Notes under the pieces: model-generated
Database searches by the model: none
What the model saw: the letters and a program-made list of their open reading frames with translations, nothing else
What the model was told of the DNA's origin: nothing
Assembly: GCA_964388985.1 (NCBI GenBank)
Contig: CAYMCJ010000003.1
Coordinates: 1,190 to 35,445, forward strand
Length of the DNA: 34,256 nt
Direction of reading: 5' to 3'
Source: an uncultured Gammaproteobacteria bacterium
GTDB lineage: Bacteria; Patescibacteriota; Patescibacteriia; Patescibacteriales; CAYMCJ01
Program-made: the position numbers and the translations under genes
Shown: positions 1 to 9,537 of the stretch, piece by piece
Numbering within the stretch: position 1 is the first letter of the stretch
Layout: each line of letters begins with the position of its first letter

Positions 1-29
1 ATTGTTAATTTATTTAATTCCATAATTTA

Positions 30-65
30 GCCACAAATTACAAATATTATACGAATTTACAAATA
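30..65. repeat. Family A repeat arm (left, flanking the GxxExxY gene)
   Basis: gccacaaattacaaatattatacgaatttacaaata. Confidence 0.8.
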
Positions 66-113
66 GATTATAATAAATTTATACTCAATAATAATAAAAA
101 ATTAATAGATAAA

Positions 114-497
114 TTATAAATTAAGTAATCTATAAAACTTTACACCTGTAGATGTAAAATTTACCAGTATTGCTAATTTTAAATTTGTTACTTTTAAATA
201 TGACTTTATCTGCTCGATATTCTTTTTTGAATAGTAATCTCCTCTTTTTATTTCTATAATAATTTTTCCCTCAACTAAAAAATCTAAAAAATTTCTACCC
301 ACAATATCACCTTTGTATTTTATCCGATAATATACTTGTTTTCTATAAGATAAACCCCTGCTTTTAAATCCGGCTTCAACAGCTCTGCAATATACTTTTT
401 CTAAATGCCCATAGCCAAGTTCATTATATGTCTCAAACATTACTCCGATAATTTCATAGCTTAACTCCTTATAAACTATTTTGTTCCCTCCTTGCAT
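114..497 (-). CDS. GxxExxY-family protein (PD-(D/E)XK nuclease fold)
   Basis: 127-aa ORF. It has the G-x2-E-x2-Y signature (GHLEKVY) near the N-terminus and a D...E-x-K core (DFLVEGKIIIEIK) as in PD-(D/E)XK nucleases. Family name recalled as TIGR04256. The start codon abuts repeat arm 498-534. Confidence 0.8.
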   Translation of the reverse strand: MQGGNKIVYKELSYEIIGVMFETYNELGYGHLEKVYCRAVEAGFKSRGLSYRKQVYYRIKYKGDIVGRNFLDFLVEGKIIIEIKRGDYYSKKNIEQIKSYLKVTNLKLAILVNFTSTGVKFYRLLNL

Positions 498-534
498 ATA
501 TTTGTAAATTTGTACTTGATTTGTAATTCGTGGC
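498..534. repeat. Family A repeat arm (right, flanking the GxxExxY gene)
   Basis: tatttgtaaatttgtacttgatttgtaattcgtggc is built from four ATTTGTA-like heptamers. It touches the GxxExxY start codon and the gatC stop codon. Confidence 0.8.
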
Positions 535-839
535 TATTCTAGTACCCTCTTTACCCTTACCTGCCCGTCTTCCAGCTCCGGCGCTTCGGCCAGAGCTTTC
601 TTTCTTTCTTCAGAATCCCAATCTTTAATCTTATCTTCACGCATTATATTTTCCAGCCCGGTTACCTGCGCTGTCGGCTCTATTTCCTTAGTATCAACTT
701 CTTTTAAACGGTCTATATAATTTAAAATATCCGACAACTGACTGCCGTATTTTTTTAACTCAGCCTCACTTAACTCTAACCGAGCCAATTCCGCAATATG
801 TTTAATTTCGTTTTTGGTTAACTTCATAATAATGTCCAC
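534..839 (-). CDS. gatC: Asp/Glu-tRNA amidotransferase subunit C
   Basis: The translation LTKNEIKHIAELARLELSEAELKKYGSQLSDILNYIDRLKEVDT follows the canonical GatC pattern. The track start at 839 is GTG; the ATG at 827 (MKLTKNEI) is the more likely start. Confidence 0.88.
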   Translation of the reverse strand: MDIIMKLTKNEIKHIAELARLELSEAELKKYGSQLSDILNYIDRLKEVDTKEIEPTAQVTGLENIMREDKIKDWDSEERKKALAEAPELEDGQVRVKRVLE

Positions 840-908
840 AAATTACGAATCCTATACAAATTTACAAATACTCTATACATAAATTTGTACTTAATTTGTA
901 ATTCGTGG
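836..908. repeat. Family A inverted doublet (gene-less) between gatC and ligA
   Basis: ccacaaattacgaatcctatacaaatttacaaata, a 10-nt spacer, then aaatttgtacttaatttgtaattcgtgg. Confidence 0.8.
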
Positions 909-909
909 A

Positions 910-3431
<2,522 letters not shown>

Positions 3432-3550
3432 TATTATTTGTTTAATTTATTATAAATTAACACAAATTACTTTTTAAAAAATAAAATTACTATTATTTCT
3501 CCCTTATATTTATCATATTTTTGCGGGATTCTGTTAAATAAATCATTGTA

Positions 3551-4114
3551 TTATTCGTAATAACGGGATGAGACTGTTGTCTGCATTATTATTTCCTGGC
3601 CATGCATCTCTTTTCCGATTGCTTTAATCTTCATTTTCATGGTCGCGGTCGGCTGACCGACTGATGAATCCCCCTGGATAAAAAATTTTAAATCACTGAC
3701 TTCAATCTTGCTGGATGTAACATAGCCGGAATTACCATTACGGCTGATTTCTAATCTAGAACCATCTAATTGATAAGTTACACATTCATCATGATAATTT
3801 TTAAAATACAGGCTATCGCTATCTGCGTTAACGCCGTAAACACTATTAAGGCCGCAAGCGCCATCATCTTTTTGCGCCATTCGCATCTCTTTGGATATCA
3901 TCTCAAAAGCATAACGCATACTTTCCTGCACATTTTGCGCTGATATAGCGTTTCTTTGCCCCTCAATAACCATCTTAAAAGTCTCGGTGGCTATAAGCAC
4001 AATAACCGAAAATATGGCTACTGATACAACCATCTCAAATAATGACGTCCCCTTTTTATTTTTATATATTAAACTTAACATAAAATAAAATTTAAAATTA
4101 GAAACTACCGCCAA
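3551..4114 (-). CDS. Prepilin-type N-terminal cleavage/methylation domain protein (PilW-like by position)
   Basis: 187 aa. Prepilin motif G|TSLFE followed by a hydrophobic helix. The likely true start is M12 at 4081 (MLSLIYKNKKG|TSLFE), which removes the overlap with the upstream gene. The PilW-like label is positional inference only. Confidence 0.6.
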   Translation of the reverse strand: MAVVSNFKFYFMLSLIYKNKKGTSLFEMVVSVAIFSVIVLIATETFKMVIEGQRNAISAQNVQESMRYAFEMISKEMRMAQKDDGACGLNSVYGVNADSDSLYFKNYHDECVTYQLDGSRLEISRNGNSGYVTSSKIEVSDLKFFIQGDSSVGQPTATMKMKIKAIGKEMHGQEIIMQTTVSSRYYE

Positions 4115-4611
4115 TCATACAATACAGTATCGGCTACATAATTATAAATGTTGCCGCGGTCCGGCCATTCAATTCGGCAGGAAACATTGATATGTTCCGT
4201 GTCTGACTCGGTAATAGTAATTAACCGACTGAAATTACTATCGGGTTCACTAACGTCATATAAATAAAATTCTTCTCCGGTATTGGTTTTAATCTGCAAT
4301 TTAGCTTCTTCCATCCCGGAAACACTATTAATATATCCGGTATAATCATTAACATAATTTCCAGCCGTTAAACCATCATTCCAGATTATTCCGTTCAGCC
4401 AATTATTATCCCGTTTATTTCTAATGAGTTCCAAACCTTCCTGCGCTAACTGTGAAGCTATTAAATTATTTTTATTAACATATTGAATTTGTATATTTTG
4501 TACAACCAAAGACATAATTCCCACCAGGCCGGTGGCAATAATAAAAATAACCGTAATTATCTCTAAAATTGAAAAGCCATATTTCATTGTTATATTGTTA
4601 TATTGTTTCAT
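4105..4611 (-). CDS. Prepilin-type minor pilin (PilV-like)
   Basis: 168 aa. G|FSILE motif plus a hydrophobic helix (IITVIFIIATGLVGIMSLVV). Two candidate ATGs (4611 and 4587) lie in a duplicated tcattgttatatt segment. Confidence 0.62.
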   Translation of the reverse strand: MKQYNNITMKYGFSILEIITVIFIIATGLVGIMSLVVQNIQIQYVNKNNLIASQLAQEGLELIRNKRDNNWLNGIIWNDGLTAGNYVNDYTGYINSVSGMEEAKLQIKTNTGEEFYLYDVSEPDSNFSRLITITESDTEHINVSCRIEWPDRGNIYNYVADTVLYDWR

Positions 4612-4623
4612 TGTTATATTATT

Positions 4624-4778
4624 AAATCACAAATCCAAAATTACAAATAATAAATAAATCCAAAATTGCAATAACCAAAATTCAAAACAAATTTTATTTT
4701 TTAAGTTTTAAACATTTGAATTTCGGGTTTGTGATTTATTTGTTGTTTGGTACTTTGAATTTGTAATTTTTATCCCCT
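4624..4778. repeat. AT-rich imperfect inverted repeat with ACAAAT-type units (degenerate family A-like)
   Basis: aaatcacaaatcc..aaaattacaaat..aaaattcaaaac on the left is mirrored by catttgaattt..gggtttgtgattt..gaatttgtaattt on the right. Boundaries are approximate. Confidence 0.5.
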
Positions 4779-4781
4779 TGG

Positions 4782-4801
4782 ATTCCCGCTTTCGCGGGAA
4801 T
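4782..4801 (-). repeat. GC-rich 8-bp hairpin with GAAA loop
   Basis: Minus strand ATTCCCGC-GAAA-GCGGGAAT. No adjacent T-run, so it is not a canonical terminator. It generates the spurious FPRKRES peptide in ORF 4708-4908. Confidence 0.6.
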
Positions 4802-4904
4802 GACAATAGTGAGACATTAACATTATTAAGCTGTAAAAAATTTTTACCATAAAATTTAAAAACCATATAGCCATATAACAATATAATCATATAGCAATAA
4901 AATT

Positions 4905-5486
4905 TCAATCAATGACATCAATTAATCCTAAAAAATTAACTTCAATCGTTTTTACGGATTCCCCGTCGCTTAATTCTATTTGCACCAAATTATTATTAGA
5001 ACCGCTACTGTCAATAATCCAAATGATTGGGTCGGGCGGCTCAAAACTAATATCAGCCGAACTACCGCTTCCAATAATAATATCATTTATTTTAACGCCG
5101 GCCGGCAAGCTTATTGTCTCGTATTCTTCGGTTAGTTGATTACAAATTCCGTCTCCGTTAACATCGGCAAAAACAATATAATTTTCCGGGTCTAAAACAG
5201 AAAAATGTATTCCCCACCCTCCCTTAGGGGCGTCACTATCAAATTTTTTCAGACCAAGGGAATAATTCTGGGCAAATCTTATGTCGCTGGCCAATTTTTG
5301 GGCGGACATAATCAGTTCAGACCGCTTCTTTGTGCCATGATAATTAGCCAAAAAAAGACTGGAAATCATCGCAATAATGGAAATTCCCACTACAAATTCA
5401 ATAAGCGAAAAACCACGCCTCTCATTCTTTAAAAAAATACTAAATTCAGAGAAAAAAAATTTTTTGTTTTTAATTTTTGTATCCAT
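4905..5486 (-). CDS. Prepilin-type minor pilin (GspH/FimT-like)
   Basis: 193 aa. G|FSLIE motif and a hydrophobic helix, then SAQKLASDIRFAQNYSL, which resembles GspH/FimT-type pseudopilins. A TATAAT lies 5 nt upstream of the ATG. Confidence 0.65.
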   Translation of the reverse strand: MDTKIKNKKFFFSEFSIFLKNERRGFSLIEFVVGISIIAMISSLFLANYHGTKKRSELIMSAQKLASDIRFAQNYSLGLKKFDSDAPKGGWGIHFSVLDPENYIVFADVNGDGICNQLTEEYETISLPAGVKINDIIIGSGSSADISFEPPDPIIWIIDSSGSNNNLVQIELSDGESVKTIEVNFLGLIDVID

Positions 5487-5496
5487 AACTTATTAT

Positions 5497-5656
5497 AGGA
5501 CTGTCGCCGAGTGCGCTTTTGAAGCGAAAATTTAAAAAATCAAAAAAAATTTTATACAATCTTTGAGGTTTACCTGAAAGTTAAACTAAAAAAAATTAGA
5601 AAAAATTTTACTGATTTTTTGGATTTATAGCCAAAACGATATTCGGCGACAATCCC
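5497..5656 (-). repeat. Family C stem-closed ~160-nt element, copy 2 (upstream of the FimT-like gene)
   Basis: Its reverse complement aligns over its full length with 23772-23938 (shared blocks ttttggcta, taaacctcaaa, tttcgcNNcaaaagcgca). The terminal arms 5497-5514 and 5639-5656 pair. Confidence 0.75.
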
Positions 5657-5848
5657 ATTATATATTTTACCATATTCTAAACAAAAATAAAAATCCCAAA
5701 TTAGGGATTTTAATGTAAAAACCAAACAAGACAAACAAAATGAGTTAATATTTAAAATTAAACTACCACCGGCCAGGCCGGTGGAATTACCGGCGATATG
5801 GACTTTGTCCTGCGATAATAAAGCTTCTCTGTCATTTCGGAACCAGCA

Positions 5849-5968
5849 CACCGTCACCCTGGAGCGCAGCGATAGGGTCCCGAAATATTATAGTTAGTCA
5901 TTTTAAAATCTCTTTCTCTTTCCGCCGGGATTCTATCGCTCCTTGCAGCCGCTCCAGAATGACGGTGG
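5849..5968. repeat. Long imperfect GC-rich hairpin (~30 bp of pairing, 43-nt AT-rich apical loop)
   Basis: caccgtcaccctggagcgcagcgatagggtcccg pairs with cgggattctatcgct..ccgctccagaatgacggtg. Confidence 0.6.
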
Positions 5969-5991
5969 GAAAACCCCGAGGATAACAAGAG

Positions 5992-6030
5992 AAAAAACTG
6001 ACTTCGTCCGCAATATGTAACCGTGGACGA
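5992..6030 (-). terminator. Candidate intrinsic terminator after the GW-repeat gene
   Basis: Minus strand TCGTCC..GGACGA stem, then agtcag, then TTTTTT. An additional CCGAC-gaa-GTCGG hairpin lies at 6031-6043. Confidence 0.45.
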
Positions 6031-6084
6031 CCGACTTCGTCGGTGGATTTCTTTATTTATTAAATTTTATATTTTAAAACTCAA

Positions 6085-7326
6085 TTATTTAACCTCTCTC
6101 CATTTCGGTAAATCAGGACATGGATTTATTGACACTGTTTCGCTGGATATTCCTTCTGTTTCCGCGACTACTTTATAATAATATATCATTCCCGACCCGA
6201 TATTATTATCTTCATATTCATAATTACTTTGGCCGGAAACATAATCAACTGTAGCTATCGGACTGCCCCACGGCTCCGCTCCTGTCTGATTTCTAAAAAT
6301 TTTATAATAATCAATCCCTGAACCGATTTGTGTCCAGGTTAAAACAACCCGGTCACAATTAAAATCAGTTATACCGCCCAAAACCGGGGGACAGTAACTT
6401 GTGGCTCCGCTGGCAATATTGCTCCAGTCAGAATCATTACCGCCTTCGCCCAGCGCCTTAACCCGAAAATCATAAATTGTGCTTGGCGGCATAGAAATTA
6501 TGCAATAATTTACATTAATGCCCGTGCTACAACCCGACAAATTATCCCAAAAACTTCCGCCGTCACTACTATACTGACCTTGAAATCCTATTTCATTGTC
6601 GGAATTATCAGTCCAGGTAAGCCGCATAACAGTGCACTCGGAAGCATTGGCCGTTAGATTCGTCGGCGCCAACGGAACCGGACTGTCATAAATTACTTTA
6701 TAATCGGAGCTGGCGCAAGAACTATCATTTAAACAATTAAAACTAATCCAACCGACTCCAGTATCGTTGTCATTCCTGTTCCAGGCCCAACCGCTAAACT
6801 CGCCTGAAACATTGTCAATTATTGTCCCATCGCTCCAGCTACCGCTCATTTTAATCCAGCCGTCATCTCCTAAGGACAAAATTTTTGCCCAGCCGATAAC
6901 TACCTCCGTTACTCTGTCATAATTTGTTGAATTCGGGGGAAAACCGGGGTAAGGCGCGTCAGGAGAAAAATCTATCCAACCGACATTGGAGCTCCAGGCA
7001 TAACCGGAAAAATTCCCTGTTACCGGGTCAATACTTACTCCATAATCAAATGCCCGGATGGTTGAATTGTCGCCCCCGCAACCATTAACCATCGCATCGG
7101 TATCAACAAACCCATTATCGTCCGTATCACAATCCGTTGAATTAAAACTAATCCAGCCATAATTTTCGCTCCAGGCAAAGCCGGAAATATTATCGTTCGC
7201 GCTGGCCTCGGCAATTTCATAATCGTTCTGGAATTTATAAAAAACAATACCCGAACTAATTAGTATCGCTAATAAAAAACACGCTAAGCCGATTATCCAA
7301 GTTTTTAGTTTAAAAAAATCACACAT
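6085..7326 (-). CDS. Membrane-anchored surface protein with GW aromatic repeats and two FN3-like modules
   Basis: 413 aa with an N-terminal TM helix. Four copies of a G(F/Y/W)AW-x(3-8)-GWI-x-(F/M) motif (GFAWSENYGWISF, GYAWSSNVGWIDF, GWAKILSLGDDGWIKM, GWAWNRNDNDTGVGWISF). Two fibronectin type III-like modules follow (APTNLTANA..LTWTD, PPVLGGIT..LTWTQ..YYKIFR). Confidence 0.7.
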   Translation of the reverse strand: MCDFFKLKTWIIGLACFLLAILISSGIVFYKFQNDYEIAEASANDNISGFAWSENYGWISFNSTDCDTDDNGFVDTDAMVNGCGGDNSTIRAFDYGVSIDPVTGNFSGYAWSSNVGWIDFSPDAPYPGFPPNSTNYDRVTEVVIGWAKILSLGDDGWIKMSGSWSDGTIIDNVSGEFSGWAWNRNDNDTGVGWISFNCLNDSSCASSDYKVIYDSPVPLAPTNLTANASECTVMRLTWTDNSDNEIGFQGQYSSDGGSFWDNLSGCSTGINVNYCIISMPPSTIYDFRVKALGEGGNDSDWSNIASGATSYCPPVLGGITDFNCDRVVLTWTQIGSGIDYYKIFRNQTGAEPWGSPIATVDYVSGQSNYEYEDNNIGSGMIYYYKVVAETEGISSETVSINPCPDLPKWREVK

Positions 7327-7367
7327 ATTGTTTTTTTGAAATCGCCAGATGGCTAAATGGCATTTAT

Positions 7368-7724
7368 TTATATTAAATGCGGCGCAAAAATAATAATTCC
7401 AATAATAATCGCTATGATGGAAGCGAGCATTACGGCCGCGGCCATAATATCCTTTATTTCCTTGACATAACCGTTAATTCTCGGCTTTAAAACATCGGTT
7501 ATTCTCTCAACCGAGCTATTTACTATTTCCATTAATATAACCAGACCAATAACTAAAATTAAAATTATCCATTCCAACCGGCTTATTTTAAAATATAAAC
7601 CCAATAAAATTATTATTAAACCAACCAAGCTTTGGATTTTTAAATTTTGCTCTTCGTGAAATGTCTTAAATAATCCCCGAAAAGCATATTTAAAACTCTT
7701 AAATAATCTCTTTATTTTAATCAT
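7368..7724 (-). CDS. dgkA: Diacylglycerol/undecaprenol kinase family protein
   Basis: 118 aa with three hydrophobic segments and the conserved E-x2-NS-x-E motif (MEIVNSSVE). It sits in the classical position next to ybeY. Confidence 0.85.
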   Translation of the reverse strand: MIKIKRLFKSFKYAFRGLFKTFHEEQNLKIQSLVGLIIILLGLYFKISRLEWIILILVIGLVILMEIVNSSVERITDVLKPRINGYVKEIKDIMAAAVMLASIIAIIIGIIIFAPHLI

Positions 7725-7758
7725 AAATGGTTAATTATAATAATCAACATACAACACT

Positions 7759-7830
7759 CAATATTCATTCAACTCTCAATATTATAATATTCAATTGGAT
7801 ATTAATTTATTTAATATTGAATGAATATTG
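7759..7830. repeat. Family B AT-rich repeat (AATATTG heptamer units), self-complementary
   Basis: caatattcattcaa (7759-7772) pairs with ttgaatgaatattg (7817-7830). 7793-7826 is the reverse complement of 9392-9426 (one mismatch by hand). Confidence 0.65.
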
Positions 7831-7841
7831 GATATTGAATA

Positions 7842-8240
7842 TTACAATTGACTTATAATTTTTTCCCCCATCTTTATCATTTTCTCTTTTTCCCCGGCCG
7901 TATCATCGTCATAGCCCAGCAAATGGAGCAAACCATGAACCAAAATAAACACAAGCTCCTGTTTTGTATTATTATTAAATTTTTTCGCTTGTCTTTTTGT
8001 TTGGCTGTAATTAATTATTACTTCTCCTAAAAAATCCTCATCGCCGACAAAGGCCAAAACATCGGTTATTTTATCTATCTTTCGATATTTTTTATTCAAC
8101 TGGCGAATTTTTTTATCCCCGACAAAGGCGATTGACACTGTATATCTCTTTCTTCCCTTTACATTCAAAAACTTTTCACTAACTTTTTTAATAAGCCTTA
8201 AATCAATATTACTTCTTGTCTTGTTGTTTATCTCAATCAT
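7842..8240 (-). CDS. ybeY: rRNA maturation endoribonuclease YbeY
   Basis: 132 aa with the H-G-x-L-H-L-x-G-Y-D motif (VHGLLHLLGYDDD). The third metal-binding His is replaced by Asp. Confidence 0.9.
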   Translation of the reverse strand: MIEINNKTRSNIDLRLIKKVSEKFLNVKGRKRYTVSIAFVGDKKIRQLNKKYRKIDKITDVLAFVGDEDFLGEVIINYSQTKRQAKKFNNNTKQELVFILVHGLLHLLGYDDDTAGEKEKMIKMGEKIISQL

Positions 8241-8274
8241 TTTAATAATTTTACAATAAAAAGAACTTTAATAA

Positions 8275-9315
8275 TTAACTTTCAATATTAAAACTTTTAA
8301 TAAACATATCAAAAATATTTTTATAAATCAGCGCGTCGTCAACTTCGGGTCCGTAGGTCAAAACAAAAAGGTATTCATTTTTAATATCCGACAAATAAAC
8401 TACCAGTTCGTCATCGCTTTTCAAGCCGTGCCAGCTATCAGTATCAATTATTTTACCCTCATCTATTTCATCAAGCTCAAACTGTTGTTTATACCAATCA
8501 TCAACCAACTGATTATCAACATTGGGACGCACAATTATTTGAAAAAAACTATTATCATCCGATTTAAACATAACCGAGTCCTCCCCGCCCATATTAATTT
8601 TCTGCCAGCCAAGAGGATAATATACATTGTAGCCGAATGTTTTATTATAATATTCCAAAATATTTTCATTATCAACCAACCTGCCTTTACCGGTTGGATT
8701 ATAAAAATTTATTAATTCGGTCAGGTCATCGTATCCGTCCCGGTCGCTATCTTTCATGGAGCTGCTGCACCCCAATAAAATTTCCTCTTTATCAAACAAA
8801 CCATCTCCGTCGCTATCCTCGTTGGTGACAATTGTGCCGGGTAAAGTTGAAGTTGCCTGAAAATCTATCTCGGGTTCCATGATTTTGTCGGTCGTGGTTG
8901 ATGTATCCGGCTCAATTAAAGTGGGTAGCCCTTCTTCGGTTGTGGTTGAACCGCTATCCTTCCCAGGGCTCTCTTGCTTATCATCGGAAAATTCTTCAGA
9001 CTTTTCTCCGGTATATGTTTCACTATCCTTATTAAGCGGCTCTTCTTTTTTCTCCGTAGAATTAAAAAAATAAAAATAAACCAAAATACTGGCAACAATA
9101 ATAAAAACTATTCCGCTAATAATAATAGCCGACCCGGCCCTTTTTGCTTTTTGAGACTGGGGATTTACAAATCGAAATTTTTCCGGCATCACATGGACGG
9201 CTATATTTTTATTAATTTTATCTTCGTATTCCTCTTCTTTTTTTTCATATTCCTCTTTTTTTGCTTCCTTTACGGTCTTGTTTCCAATTTCTTTCTTTTT
9301 AAAAAAATTAAACAT
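8275..9315 (-). CDS. Membrane-anchored protein with acidic linker and thrombospondin type 3-like Ca-binding repeats
   Basis: The track ORF runs to 9402, but its first 29 codons cross AT-rich repeat DNA, so M30 (MFNFFKKKE, 9315) is the likelier start. One TM helix (AIIISGIVFIIVASILVYFYFF), an S/T/E-rich linker, DSDGDGLFDKEE and DSDRDGYDDLTE repeats, and a C-terminal globular part. Confidence 0.65.
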   Translation of the reverse strand: MFNFFKKKEIGNKTVKEAKKEEYEKKEEEYEDKINKNIAVHVMPEKFRFVNPQSQKAKRAGSAIIISGIVFIIVASILVYFYFFNSTEKKEEPLNKDSETYTGEKSEEFSDDKQESPGKDSGSTTTEEGLPTLIEPDTSTTTDKIMEPEIDFQATSTLPGTIVTNEDSDGDGLFDKEEILLGCSSSMKDSDRDGYDDLTELINFYNPTGKGRLVDNENILEYYNKTFGYNVYYPLGWQKINMGGEDSVMFKSDDNSFFQIIVRPNVDNQLVDDWYKQQFELDEIDEGKIIDTDSWHGLKSDDELVVYLSDIKNEYLFVLTYGPEVDDALIYKNIFDMFIKSFNIES

Positions 9316-9391
9316 ATATTTTATATTAATAAACAACATCCAATGATCAAATTCCAAACAAATATCAATAATAAAATATTCAATACCAAAA

Positions 9392-9426
9392 CATTCATTC
9401 AATATTTAATAAATTAATATCCAATT
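9392..9426. repeat. Family B AT-rich repeat, second copy (inverted)
   Basis: cattcattcaatatttaataaattaatatccaatt. Confidence 0.65.
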
Positions 9427-9537
9427 TAACATTGGAACATTGAGGGTTGATAAATATTGAATTTTGATTAATTTAATATTGTTTGATTATTGGTGCTTAA
9501 TTATTGATTATTATAAATGAATATATTATTTTATATC

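Larger units (their letters stand above)
30..534. mobile_element. Candidate composite element: GxxExxY gene bracketed by 36-bp inverted repeats (family A)
   Basis: The arms at 30-65 and 498-534 are reverse complements of each other (30/36 by hand count). The same arm sequence recurs as gene-less doublets elsewhere in the window. Confidence 0.45.

Noticed and set aside
4708-4908. 66-aa ORF between two pilin genes
   Set aside because: It lies entirely within AT-rich inverted repeats and the GC hairpin (the FPRKRES peptide is the hairpin translated). No SD or motif is present.
5570-5857. 95-aa ORF in the 600-bp spacer
   Set aside because: It overlaps family C copy 2, a palindrome and the long GC hairpin. 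The sequence is low-complexity and Cys/Phe-rich, consistent with translated repeats.
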